Below, piece by piece: positions 28,035 through 38,380 of a stretch of DNA of 62,143 nt. Position 1 is the stretch's first letter; every line of letters begins with the position of its first letter. The position numbers and the translations under genes were made by a program. The notes below the pieces were generated by a model. The model ran no database searches and was not told the origin of the DNA. It worked only from the letters and a program-made list of their open reading frames with translations. Source of the stretch: Candidatus Cloacimonadota bacterium (GTDB lineage: Bacteria; Cloacimonadota; Cloacimonadia; JGIOTU-2); contig JAGMCF010000110.1 of assembly GCA_023129415.1 (NCBI GenBank), forward strand, positions 1 through 62,143, written 5' to 3'.

Positions 28035-29150
28035 TCAATTCATCTTATCATACTTTTCTTTGAATTGCTTTATACTCTCATATATTGCTTTAGCAGCTTG
28101 ATTCTGGAACCAATTTGATTTCAATCTTTGTTCTTCCCATTTATTAGAAAGAAATGCCACCTCTACCAAAATAGCGGGCATAAATGCTCCTCTGAGTACA
28201 TAGAAATTTGCATGTTTAACTCCTTTATCATTAGTGCCCAACTCTTTTACTAACGATTTCTGACACATCTCAGTCAAATCTATGCTCTCAATCAAGTATT
28301 CACTTTGCCGCATATCATAGAGTATAAAATCTAAATCAGTATACCGTTTGATACTTTCTGGGTCTTCAAATCTGATAGCATCATTTTCCAGAGCCTCTAC
28401 TGCTCGTGCCTCCGTAGTCTTTGCAGGCGAAAGGTAGTATACTTCCGTTCCATTAGCTCGTGTGTTTCTTGACGCATTGCAATGAATACTTACAAATAAG
28501 TCTGCCTGATGGTTATTTGCAAATTCTGTCCTGTCTCCAAGAGATACAAATCTATCATCTTCACGGGTTAGCAAAATTTCAACATCAAGATTATTTTCAA
28601 GAAGTTGCTTTGTTTCCTTTGCAATATTTAAAACTATATCTTTTTCTTTAAGTTTTAAAATCCTACCAACAGCCCCTGGGTCTTTACCTCCATGTCCCGG
28701 ATCAATCACTATTCGTTTGATTAGATACTGTTCCATAGCAGTAAGATTAACAATTATTCTATTATTATTGATTACAACACAATCAGGAAAGAACTTATTA
28801 GCACATAGATTTAAAAAATATTTGGGGATATAAAAATTACCATCTTGTATTTTTATATTATCATATAAATTATAGTTTTTTTTGCCAAATTTTACCCATT
28901 TATTGTCAAAAAAGAATCTACATTTTTTATTAAAGATTGTAAAATCTATTGTTTGTAAATTTGGATTAATATCTAATTTGGCTTCAAATACTCGTATTAA
29001 ATCATAAATATCAATATAACTTCTGTTTTGTAGTTGATATATTTGAAGATGGTCCTTTCTTGAGGAGTTAACATAAGATATTGTATATTCATTTGCAAAA
29101 AGAGAAAATGTCAAAGATAGAAGAATTATTATAATTATAATTTTTTTCAT
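28035..29150 (-). CDS. N-acetylmuramoyl-L-alanine amidase (Amidase_3)
   Basis: IDPGHGG, SIHCN and LVEVAF motifs; real start MKKIIIIIILL at 29150 (the first 64 codons of the called ORF are the repeat element). Confidence 0.92.
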   Translation of the reverse strand: MKKIIIIIILLSLTFSLFANEYTISYVNSSRKDHLQIYQLQNRSYIDIYDLIRVFEAKLDINPNLQTIDFTIFNKKCRFFFDNKWVKFGKKNYNLYDNIKIQDGNFYIPKYFLNLCANKFFPDCVVINNNRIIVNLTAMEQYLIKRIVIDPGHGGKDPGAVGRILKLKEKDIVLNIAKETKQLLENNLDVEILLTREDDRFVSLGDRTEFANNHQADLFVSIHCNASRNTRANGTEVYYLSPAKTTEARAVEALENDAIRFEDPESIKRYTDLDFILYDMRQSEYLIESIDLTEMCQKSLVKELGTNDKGVKHANFYVLRGAFMPAILVEVAFLSNKWEEQRLKSNWFQNQAAKAIYESIKQFKEKYDKMN

Positions 29151-29342
29151 CTGAAAATCCCTTTTTAGCCACGAACAACACGAACTAACACGAACAATAT
29201 TTATATTAAAGTTAAACCTTTTTAAATTATAAATAATTTTCATACTCCTTTCAGACTCGGCACGTCTTGGCTCCCGATGTATCGGGAGACAGGCGCCCAG
29301 ACGGATGTGTCCGGATTTGTTTTCGGGACATGTATGTTTCAT
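29151..29342 (-). mobile_element. ATGAAA-head element; its tail supplies the amidase RBS
   Basis: Head at 29342-29236, tail AAAAAGGGATTTTCAG before ATGAAA; homologous to 1367-1518. Confidence 0.8.
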
Positions 29343-29464
29343 ATAAAATTCATTATTAAATTTTTATTTTTTTCTTTGTGACTTGGTGTCTTTGTGGCAT
29401 ATTAAAATTTTTTGTCAATTTATTATTGACACTTAAGTCCTTAATTTTCAAATTTGATTTTATT

Positions 29465-32176
29465 ATGAAAGAGAAACTTTATATCATTGACGGAACAGCG
29501 GTTATTTACCGCTCTTTTTATGCTTTTAAAAACAGACCCTTAATCAACTCAAAGGGAGAGAATACCAGTGCAATTTTTGGATTTCTTCGTACAATCATTT
29601 CTATAATTGAAAAATTTAATCCAAAATACTTTGCTATTACTTTTGATGAAAAAGAGCCTACATTTCGTCATAAGAAATATCCAGATTATAAGGCTACAAG
29701 AGACAAAATGCCTGAAGAATTGGTTGAACAATTAGAACCTATTCAGGATTTGGTAAAATCTACAAATATTCCATATCTTTCATTACCCGGGTATGAAGCT
29801 GATGACATAATTGGAACTCTCACACAAAAATTCTCTGATAAATGCGATGTTGTAATCGTTTCTCGGGATAAGGATTTTTATCAACTTGTGAGCGATAAGG
29901 TTAGTTTATTTGACTTGTCAAAAGATAAGTTTGTTGGCAAAGAAGAGGTCAAAGAGAAGTTTGGAACCACTCCTGATAAGGTTATTGATATTCTGGCATT
30001 GACGGGCGACTCTGCTGATAATATTCTTGGCATTCCAAAAGTTGGCATCAAGACCGCAATAAAATTGATTCAGCATTTCGGCAGTTTGGAAAATATCCTG
30101 GCAAATAGCGAAGAAATAACACAAAAACATATAAAAGAAAATGTGGCAAAATTCAGCCAGCAAGGAATTTTATCAAAGGAATTGGTTACAATTGACCGCA
30201 ATGTGCCAATAGATGTATCACTAGAAGACTTTACCCTTCAAAGTATTTTTAGTGAAGACTTAAGAAAATTCTGTGAACGATATGAGCTGAATACATTCAT
30301 GAAGTACTTTTCTACCAGAAGTAGAACATTTGAAGATACAAAAAAAGATCTCTCCCCTACCGAAAAAATTGAGTATTGCTTAATCAACAATAAGTCCCTA
30401 TTTGAGAAACTCTTATCAAAATTACAAAAACAAGAAAAAATTGCCATTGATGTTGAAACAAACTCTTGCAGTCCTATTAAGGGCAAAATAGTTGGCATCT
30501 CAATCTGTTTTGAAAACAGTAAAGCTTACTATATTCCAATTAGACATTATATTGGAAAGCAACTAAGTGCTAAAGAAGTCTTAACTGCTATAAAACCAAT
30601 TTTAGAAGATGATAAAAAATACTTCATAGGTCATAATATAAAATTTGATTATATGATTTTCCAGAATGAAGGGATTGAAATAGCAAATCTATGTTTTGAT
30701 ACAATGATTGCATCTTATCTCCTTTCACCTGAGGAACATCGGCATAATCTTGATACAGTGAGTCAGCGATATTTACATCATAAAATGATTCCTATTGAAG
30801 AACTTATCGGTAAAAAAGGAAAAAATCAGATGAGTTTTACTGAAACTCTCATTAAAGATGCCACAGAATATTCTGGTGAAGATGCTAATGTGACTTATAG
30901 ATTATGGAAAATATTAGAAAAAAAGTTAGCCGAGTTTGATATGCAGGAACTATTCTTCAAAATTGAGATGCCCCTCATTAAAACTCTTGCAAATATTGAA
31001 AGGAACGGAATCTCGGTTGACCAGATTTTCTTTGCAAAATTATCAAAGGAATTAGAAGTTAAACTTGCAATTCTCCAAAGAGATATTCATCAAATTGCTG
31101 GGGAGATTTTCAATATTGACTCTCCATTGCAATTATCAAAAGTGCTGTTTGAAAAATTAGGTCTACCTGTTGTTAAAAAGACCAAATCTGGCTATTCAAC
31201 TGACATAAATGTTTTAACTAAACTAAGCAGGGATTATGAAATTGCAGAGAAACTTATCGGGTATCGGCAGTTAAAGAAACTAAAATCTACTTATTTAGAT
31301 GCTTTGCCAAAACTGATTAATCCCAAAACTGGACGGATTCATTCTTCATTTAATCAAACAGTAACAGCGACAGGACGGCTTTCAAGTTCTGAACCAAATC
31401 TACAGAATATCCCGATACGAACTGAAATTGGCAGAGAAATGCGAAAAGGTTTTATTCCCAGGCATTCTGACTTCTCCATTCTCTCTGCTGATTATTCACA
31501 GATAGAATTGCGAGTTATGGCTATAATTTCTAAGGATGAAAATCTTATAGCAAATTTTAAAAAAGGAGGAGATGTTCATTCACAAACAGCAGCTCTTGTA
31601 TTTGGAGTAAAGGAAAATGAAGTAACTCCCAATCAGAGACGACAGGCAAAGGTTATAAACTTCGGTATTATGTATGGGATGGGTTCGTATTCTCTATCGC
31701 AAGACTTACGGATTTCACGAAAAGAAGCACAAGCATTTATTGATAACTATTTCTCACATTATCCTCAGGTGAAGCATTATATAGATGAGACAATTGAATT
31801 TGCTCATAAGAACGAGTATGTTAAAACACTTTTTAATCGTCGTCGATACTTGACTGGAATAAATAGTCGTAATCATCAAATTCAAGCATTTGCAGAAAGA
31901 ACTGCTATAAATATGCCCATTCAGGGAACCGCCGCCGATATTATCAAAATCGCAATGAATAATATCTATCAGAAAATTAAAGATAAGGATGATGAAATAA
32001 AGATGATTATACAGATTCACGATGAGCTGGTTTTTGAAGTGAAAACCACATTTATTAACAAATACAGAAAATTGATAAAGATTGAGATGGAATCTGTTTT
32101 GCCATCTAACTATAGTGATATTGTGCCTTTAGTTGTAGATATTGGATATGGTAAGAATTGGTTGGAAGCACATTGA
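29465..32176 (+). CDS. polA: DNA polymerase I
   Basis: 5'-3' exonuclease (EADD), DYSQIELR, INFGIMYG, QIHDEL; start moved to ATG 29465. Confidence 0.97.
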   Translation: MKEKLYIIDGTAVIYRSFYAFKNRPLINSKGENTSAIFGFLRTIISIIEKFNPKYFAITFDEKEPTFRHKKYPDYKATRDKMPEELVEQLEPIQDLVKSTNIPYLSLPGYEADDIIGTLTQKFSDKCDVVIVSRDKDFYQLVSDKVSLFDLSKDKFVGKEEVKEKFGTTPDKVIDILALTGDSADNILGIPKVGIKTAIKLIQHFGSLENILANSEEITQKHIKENVAKFSQQGILSKELVTIDRNVPIDVSLEDFTLQSIFSEDLRKFCERYELNTFMKYFSTRSRTFEDTKKDLSPTEKIEYCLINNKSLFEKLLSKLQKQEKIAIDVETNSCSPIKGKIVGISICFENSKAYYIPIRHYIGKQLSAKEVLTAIKPILEDDKKYFIGHNIKFDYMIFQNEGIEIANLCFDTMIASYLLSPEEHRHNLDTVSQRYLHHKMIPIEELIGKKGKNQMSFTETLIKDATEYSGEDANVTYRLWKILEKKLAEFDMQELFFKIEMPLIKTLANIERNGISVDQIFFAKLSKELEVKLAILQRDIHQIAGEIFNIDSPLQLSKVLFEKLGLPVVKKTKSGYSTDINVLTKLSRDYEIAEKLIGYRQLKKLKSTYLDALPKLINPKTGRIHSSFNQTVTATGRLSSSEPNLQNIPIRTEIGREMRKGFIPRHSDFSILSADYSQIELRVMAIISKDENLIANFKKGGDVHSQTAALVFGVKENEVTPNQRRQAKVINFGIMYGMGSYSLSQDLRISRKEAQAFIDNYFSHYPQVKHYIDETIEFAHKNEYVKTLFNRRRYLTGINSRNHQIQAFAERTAINMPIQGTAADIIKIAMNNIYQKIKDKDDEIKMIIQIHDELVFEVKTTFINKYRKLIKIEMESVLPSNYSDIVPLVVDIGYGKNWLEAH

Positions 32177-32220
32177 ATTGGTTGAATTGGTGAACTGGTA
32201 AACTGGTAAATTAGTAAACT
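32175..32220 (+). repeat. 8-mer array RGTDAAYT right after the polA stop
   Basis: ggtgaact ggtaaact ggtaaatt agtaaact. Confidence 0.75.
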
Positions 32221-32296
32221 TGTTGGTGACTAAAATCTTTTAGGCTAAATTTATTAGCGTTTATTCGCGTCCATTCGTGGTTAAAATCTTATTTGG

Positions 32297-32428
32297 ATGA
32301 AAGTTAAAAAATTACACGATTGGCAAGTATCTCCTCAGGATGCGATAAATATTCAAAAACAGCTCAGAAATAAGGCGATTCTTGCCGGTCCTTATCAATC
32401 TTTAGAAGAAATCAAAACCATTCTTTAG
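32297..32428 (+). pseudogene. nfi: Truncated 5' fragment of endonuclease V
   Basis: MKVKKLHDWQVSPQDAINIQKQLRNK..EEIKTIL*, stopping just before the expected AGVD catalytic motif. Confidence 0.7.
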
Positions 32429-32526
32429 TATACTTCCTATTTCTATTATCTCCTAAAAATATTGACCTAATTATATTATTTTAAAACATCTTGTAAAAAT
32501 AATTCTATAAATTTGGTAAGTAAGTT

Positions 32527-33792
32527 ATGAATATAAAATTAAAATATGGTAAAGATTATAAAGAACTTAACATTTCATCAAAAAATATAATTGATATTCT
32601 TGAAATGAAATCTATTCCCGCGCATGAGAATCATTATAAATTGGTAAAGCAAAAACTCAACTCCCCTATCGGGACAAAACCTTTATCCAAATTCATAAAA
32701 GAGAGAAATCCGAAAAATATAGTAATTATTATTAGTGACATTACTCGTCCTGGACCTTTTGAAGAATTGCTTCCTCCCCTGATAGATGAGATATTAGAAA
32801 CTGGTTTTGAAAAAGATAAGATACAATTCGTTATTGCAAACGGTACGCATAGAAAAATGACTGATGAAGAAATAAGATTTCAATATGGAAAGTGGATTTT
32901 TGATAATTTTATTATTAAAAATCATGATTGCAGAGCTGATGACTTGGTTTCTTATGGCAAAATGAAATCCGGGAATGAGTTGCTGATTAACAAAATTGTA
33001 GCTAATGCAGATTTTCTAATAACAACTGGAATTTTAAATACTCATTATTTTGCAGGTTTTAGTGGAGGAAGAAAATCTATATTACCTGGTATTTGTGGTT
33101 ACGAGACTATACGAAGAAATCATTCTAATATCATTTATGATTTTGCTCGATTAAGTAATCTGAAAGATAATCTTATACATCTTGAGATGTGTGAAGCAGC
33201 ACATAAAGTTGGTGTAGATTTTTGCTTGAATATGTTAATTAATGATAAAAAAGAGCTTGTTGATTGCTTTGCTGGTGATATTGATAAGGTTTTCCAAATT
33301 GGAATAGAAGCTATTAAAAAATTTTTGTCTGTTAAATTCAAGGAACCGGTAGATGTTGTGATTACTTCAGCTGGTGGTTATCCAAAGGATATAAATTTCT
33401 ATCAGTCGCAAAAGGCATTAAATAACACTATTGATTTGGTTAAACAAGGTGGCACAATAATTATTTTTGCAGAATCTAAAGATGGTCTTGGTCAGGATGA
33501 AATGGAAAGAGTGTTAACTTCAGCAAAATCCCTTGATGAGCTCTTTTTAGTAAAACAGGAAGATATTCAAATTGGCGGACATAGAGCTTATGCAACAGGC
33601 AAGATGTTAAAAAAGGCTGACATTTTAGTATTAAGCACAATGAAACCAGAAAAAATAAAAAAAATCCATTTCATACCTATGAAATCATTCGATGAATGTA
33701 TGGACTTTATTATAAAAAAACATGGAAAAAAATTCAAATCATACCTTGTCCCAAATGGATCTATGTTTTTCCCAATAGCTAAAATTCACTAA
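32527..33792 (+). CDS. larA: Nickel-pincer lactate racemase family (LarA-like) protein
   Basis: SDITRP, NGTHR, FSGGRKS and DINFYQSQK motifs; substrate unknown. Confidence 0.85.
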   Translation: MNIKLKYGKDYKELNISSKNIIDILEMKSIPAHENHYKLVKQKLNSPIGTKPLSKFIKERNPKNIVIIISDITRPGPFEELLPPLIDEILETGFEKDKIQFVIANGTHRKMTDEEIRFQYGKWIFDNFIIKNHDCRADDLVSYGKMKSGNELLINKIVANADFLITTGILNTHYFAGFSGGRKSILPGICGYETIRRNHSNIIYDFARLSNLKDNLIHLEMCEAAHKVGVDFCLNMLINDKKELVDCFAGDIDKVFQIGIEAIKKFLSVKFKEPVDVVITSAGGYPKDINFYQSQKALNNTIDLVKQGGTIIIFAESKDGLGQDEMERVLTSAKSLDELFLVKQEDIQIGGHRAYATGKMLKKADILVLSTMKPEKIKKIHFIPMKSFDECMDFIIKKHGKKFKSYLVPNGSMFFPIAKIH

Positions 33793-33836
33793 TTAGCATA
33801 AATCATTAAAATATTATTAATTTCTGGATTTGACAT

Positions 33837-34967
33837 ATGTTAGAAGTAGTTGCAAAAAGATGTAAGAATTATGATAAAGACAAGATTAAACAAATCATTT
33901 ATGATATATTCTCTTCTCAAAGGTTTTTAAATAAATTAAACTCTCTTGACTCAGTTTTACTTAAACCAAACCTATTAGGTCCCTACTCACCAGATAAAGG
34001 AGTTACCACTCATCCTGAATTTATTTCCGCTGTAATAGAAATTCTCAAAGATTATAATATCAAAATATCTCTATTTGATTGTCCTGGTGGTACTGCAAAA
34101 TATGAGGATGTTCTTGATAGGTGTGAAATAACATATTTAAGTAAAAAGTATAATATAGAAATATTAGAACCTTCAAAATCAGGAATAAATAAATTCGGTA
34201 ATAATCCTGAATATATTATAAGCAAGCCATTTGTAGAGTGCGAAGCTATTATCAATCTGCCCAAGTTAAAGACCCATACCCTTACACTTTTTACAGGTGC
34301 AATTAAAAATTGCTATGGGATTGTGCCTGGTTTAGCAAAATCAAACTATCATCGTATTGCTCCACATCCAACTAAATTTGCAAAAATTATTGTAGATATT
34401 TATTCAATTGTAAAAGAAAAAATCATATTTAATATTATGGATGGGATTGTTGGTATGGATGGTAATGGACCTTCCTCTGGTGATACGAAAAATTTTGCTA
34501 TCATTTTTGGCAGTTATGATGCAGTTGCTTTAGATTATTGTGCAGCAAGGATGATGAAGTATAATCCATATAAAATACCTACAATAAAATTCGCAGCAGA
34601 TAAGTATAATATTTCATTAGAGGATATAAAATTAATTGGAGATTTTAAAGAGAATTATAAACTTGAAAATGTTAATATTAATAAGAGTAAAATCACCAAT
34701 AAAATTCTAAGGTTGCTTTCTACTCCCCTGAAAGGAATTTTTAAAAAGCTTTTTTGGTCTTATCCTGACTTCCTACACGAAAAATGCATTAAATGTGGGG
34801 AGTGTGTAAATTTTTGTCCTGTTTCAGCATTAAATATTAATAAGGTAAATCCAATTCCAATTTTAGATAGAGAAAAATGCATACTTTGTATGTGTTGTAT
34901 TGAAATCTGTTCTGAAAATGCTGCATATCTGAAAAAAAGTTTGTTAGGTAGATTTTTAATCAAGTAA
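33837..34967 (+). CDS. DUF362 domain protein with two 4Fe-4S motifs
   Basis: LLKPNL, TTHP, PKLKTH; CxxCxxCxxxC twice. Confidence 0.9.
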   Translation: MLEVVAKRCKNYDKDKIKQIIYDIFSSQRFLNKLNSLDSVLLKPNLLGPYSPDKGVTTHPEFISAVIEILKDYNIKISLFDCPGGTAKYEDVLDRCEITYLSKKYNIEILEPSKSGINKFGNNPEYIISKPFVECEAIINLPKLKTHTLTLFTGAIKNCYGIVPGLAKSNYHRIAPHPTKFAKIIVDIYSIVKEKIIFNIMDGIVGMDGNGPSSGDTKNFAIIFGSYDAVALDYCAARMMKYNPYKIPTIKFAADKYNISLEDIKLIGDFKENYKLENVNINKSKITNKILRLLSTPLKGIFKKLFWSYPDFLHEKCIKCGECVNFCPVSALNINKVNPIPILDREKCILCMCCIEICSENAAYLKKSLLGRFLIK

Positions 34968-35195
34968 ATCTTTTCTAATTTTAATATATTTGCTTATTGA
35001 AATATTTACAAATTTTAGAATATTCATTTAAAAACATAAAAATTTGACAATTTATTATAAGAAAAAAAAATTAACACCTTGAGGATAAATGATAAGAGTA
35101 TATAGTTTTTTGAAATTATTTATATTTCATAGGAAGTGTTTGAACCAGTTAATAAAATGCTGGCATCTCACAGATACTCTTCAAGCATAACATTT

Positions 35196-35229
35196 AGGGC
35201 ATTTATGTTAAATCATAAATGCCTTTTTT
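35196..35229 (+). terminator. Intrinsic terminator-like hairpin in the leader of the zinc-ribbon gene
   Basis: ggcatttatg-ttaaat-cataaatgcc followed by tttttt. Confidence 0.65.
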
Positions 35230-35319
35230 GTTGAGCTGATTTTGAATAATATTTAAAGGTTAGTGAAAACTTATCAATTAATATTTCATATTTTAGTATA
35301 TTTTTAAATAGGAGCAATA

Positions 35320-36042
35320 ATGCTGAAAAACATTGATATTCTATGTCAGTTACAAGTGTTAGACAAAAAAATTAGAATTGCTGAAAAAGAAAAAGAAAGA
35401 CTACCAAAAGAAATTGAAGAGCTTGAGGAGAAATTTAACTTGGAACAAGAATCAGAGAAGAATATCAAGCAGAGACTTGAGCAAAACTTGCAACAACAAA
35501 AAAAATTAGAGCTCAATATTGCTATGAATAATCAAGAAATTAATAAATATGAGAATCAATTATTAATAGTAAAAACCAATAAGGAATATAAGGCTTTAAA
35601 TTCTGAAATTACACATCAGAAGGAAAAAAATGCTGAGATTGAGGATCAATTAATAGAGTTGTTAGAAGCAGAATCTAATTTAGAAAAAGAAAAGAATGAT
35701 ATTCTAGAATTATTGACAAAAGATAATAAAATATTAAAAAAAGAGAAAGAAAAAATAAATATCAAAATTGAAGTATTGACAAAAGAAATTACTCAAAAAG
35801 AGAAAGGAAAAATAGAATTATCAAAAAAAATACCTGATATTCTGTTTAGAAGATACCAGCGATTAATAGAACATAAGGATGGAAAAGCAATAGCTTCAAT
35901 TGATAATGGCATCTGTTCTGGTTGTCATTTTCGTGTAAGACCTCAAATAATAGTAGAAGTTGCAAAGAGTGATTCTATCATTACTTGTGAAAACTGTTCT
36001 AGAATTTTAGTTTCACCAAAGAAAACTGCTAAAGAAAATTAG
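35320..36042 (+). CDS. C4-type zinc ribbon coiled-coil protein
   Basis: Coiled coil followed by CSGCH...CENCSRIL. Confidence 0.9.
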   Translation: MLKNIDILCQLQVLDKKIRIAEKEKERLPKEIEELEEKFNLEQESEKNIKQRLEQNLQQQKKLELNIAMNNQEINKYENQLLIVKTNKEYKALNSEITHQKEKNAEIEDQLIELLEAESNLEKEKNDILELLTKDNKILKKEKEKINIKIEVLTKEITQKEKGKIELSKKIPDILFRRYQRLIEHKDGKAIASIDNGICSGCHFRVRPQIIVEVAKSDSIITCENCSRILVSPKKTAKEN

Positions 36043-36544
36043 ACAATCGTCCAGCACCTATTTTTGAATAAACATAAAACTGATAACATTCTATCCTCTG
36101 CAGTTATTTAGTTTTGTAGAGTTTAATTGTGTAGACATGTTTGAAAATAGGTGCTGGAAGGAAAGTCCGAACACCTGGAGCAAAATACTTCGTAACACGA
36201 AGTCCCGGTAAAGGGAAGATAGTGCCACAGAAAACAAACCGTCCTGAATCTTTTCGGGATAAGGGTGAAAAGGTGGTGTAAGAGACCACCAGTTCCCCGA
36301 GTGATCGGGAAAGCTTGGTAAACCTTATTGGTGCAAGGTCAAATAGGAGAGGATCCTTCTGATATTTCGAAGGAACGAATAGCTCCGTTCGTTATACTCT
36401 CGGGTAGACCGCAAAAATCAGTCTCCCGAACTGACGGGGTGAATCCCGATACATCGGGATGCGGTGACGCCTGATTTAGATAAATGATTGTCGTCCCGAC
36501 TTCTTTAAGTCGGGAAACAGAATTCGGCTTATTATTTTCTTTAG
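36029..36544 (+). ncRNA. rnpB: RNase P RNA (type A-like, enlarged)
   Basis: GGAAAGTCCGAACAC, AGTGCCACAGAAA, AAGGGTGAAAAGGTGGTGTAAGAG and AACAGAATTCGGCTTA; P1 ctaaagaaaat/attttctttag. Confidence 0.95.
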
Positions 36545-36556
36545 TAGGCTTTTTCA

Positions 36557-36643
36557 TAGAGCAAAGAGTGTAGAGCAGGAAGCGAAGCTCATATCGGCGT
36601 ATGATTGGGATTACGCTTTTCGCTCTACGCTATCCGCTCCACG
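36557..36643. repeat. Inverted degenerate 7-mer arrays (tagagcg-like / cgctcta-like)
   Basis: atagagcaaagagtgtagagc ... cgcttttcgctctacgctatccgctcc. Confidence 0.6.
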
Positions 36644-36661
36644 AAAATAATTGGAGATTAA

Positions 36662-38380
36662 ATGAGAAAAAAATGGGTTGTTAGCAAAGATGAAGTTGAT
36701 TCTAAACAAGTTCAAGATTTACAAGATTCACTTTCATGTTCAAAAGTAATAGCCAAACTTCTTGTAAGAAAGAACATATATACATTTCAACAAGCTCAGG
36801 AATTTTTCCACCCAGATTTCAAAAATTTGCACGACCCATATATTTTCAATGATATGGAAAAATCGGTTAACAGAATCAGACAAGCTATAGAAAATAAAGA
36901 AAAGATTGTTATTTTCGGTGACTATGATGTAGATGGGACAACTGCAACATCTTTACTACTAATCGGATTAAGAAAATTAGGGGCAGATGTTGATTTTTAT
37001 ATTCCCAATAGAATGATTGAAGGATATGGTTTATCAATGTCTGGTAATAAGGCTGTTTTGAGAAAGAAGGCTCAAGTGGTGATAACTGTTGATTGTGGTA
37101 TAAATGCTGTTAATGAAATAAAAGACCTTAACCAAGAAGGGGTTGATGTTATCATCACTGACCATCATACACCCAAAAAGGTTTTACCAGATGCTTTTGC
37201 AATTATTGACCCAAAACTTGAGGATTCAAAATATCCTTATCATGATTTAGCTGGAGTGGGCATTGCTTTTAAATTAATTCTTGCTATTTATCATAAATAT
37301 AATATTGATGACATAGAAAATATCTCAACTTTTTTTGATTTGGTAGGATTAGGAACAATTGCAGATATAGTTCCACTTACAGGAGAGAATAGAATTTTAG
37401 CAAGTCTTGGTATAAAAGAACTACAAGAGAGAAAAAATTTAGGACTAAGCTGTTTATTAAATTTGGCTGGGCTTAAAACATGTAAATTAAAATCCAGTGA
37501 CATTGTTTTTAAATTGGCTCCAAGAATTAATGCTGCTGGTCGTTTAGGAAGTGCAGATAGAGCAGTTGATTTGATGACAACTACTATCCCTGAAGATGCT
37601 CAAGTATTGGCTCAATCTGTACATTCAGAAAATCAAAAAAGACAACAAATTGACCAGAAAACCTTTCTTGAAGCTTGCGATATGATTGAGTTAAAATATC
37701 AAGATTTAGATAAAACATTCTTTATTGTTCTTGCTACTGAACATTGGCATCCAGGTGTAATTGGAATTGTTGCTTCAAAAATTGTAGAAAAGTATAATAG
37801 ACCAACTATACTAATAACTTTTGCAGAAGGTGAAGGTAGTGGCTCTGCTAGAAGTATCAGGAATTTCAATATATTTGAATGTTTATCTGAATTCCAAGAA
37901 TATTTGAAAAGCTTTGGTGGGCACAAATATGCCGCTGGTTTAACTATTTTACCAGAATATATTGATATATTTGAACAAAAGATAAATGAATATGCAAGCG
38001 AGAAACTAACTTTAGAGGATATTCGTCCACAAATCCATATCGCAAACGAACTCAAACTTCAAGAAATTGATGAAGATTTACTTAAATGGTTAAAACTTTT
38101 CTCACCATTTGGTCCAGGCAATATGAATCCTATCTTTATCAGTAAAAAGGTAATGATTGTGGGTTATCCTTATACAGTGGGAACAAATCATCTAAAAATC
38201 AAAACAATCCAAAATGACAAGACATTGGATTTAATAGGTTTCAATATGGGAGAGCTCTCCCCTTTTTTAAAAAAAGGTTCTTTTGTTGATATTGTATATT
38301 CATTGGAAGAAAACGAGTGGAAAGATATTATAAGAATTCAAGGCAAACTCAAAGACATTCGCCCTTATGTATCTGAATAA
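36662..38380 (+). CDS. recJ: ssDNA exonuclease RecJ
   Basis: GDYDVDG, TVDCG, TDHH and GGHKYAAG motifs. Confidence 0.97.
   Translation: MRKKWVVSKDEVDSKQVQDLQDSLSCSKVIAKLLVRKNIYTFQQAQEFFHPDFKNLHDPYIFNDMEKSVNRIRQAIENKEKIVIFGDYDVDGTTATSLLLIGLRKLGADVDFYIPNRMIEGYGLSMSGNKAVLRKKAQVVITVDCGINAVNEIKDLNQEGVDVIITDHHTPKKVLPDAFAIIDPKLEDSKYPYHDLAGVGIAFKLILAIYHKYNIDDIENISTFFDLVGLGTIADIVPLTGENRILASLGIKELQERKNLGLSCLLNLAGLKTCKLKSSDIVFKLAPRINAAGRLGSADRAVDLMTTTIPEDAQVLAQSVHSENQKRQQIDQKTFLEACDMIELKYQDLDKTFFIVLATEHWHPGVIGIVASKIVEKYNRPTILITFAEGEGSGSARSIRNFNIFECLSEFQEYLKSFGGHKYAAGLTILPEYIDIFEQKINEYASEKLTLEDIRPQIHIANELKLQEIDEDLLKWLKLFSPFGPGNMNPIFISKKVMIVGYPYTVGTNHLKIKTIQNDKTLDLIGFNMGELSPFLKKGSFVDIVYSLEENEWKDIIRIQGKLKDIRPYVSE

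Noticed and set aside
29426-29454. TTGACA hexamers upstream of several genes with weak -10 boxes (nAnnnT)
   Set aside because: Too AT-rich to call individual promoters or an altered -10 consensus by eye.
36104-36557. Minus-strand ORFs over rnpB
   Set aside because: Antisense to the RNase P RNA.
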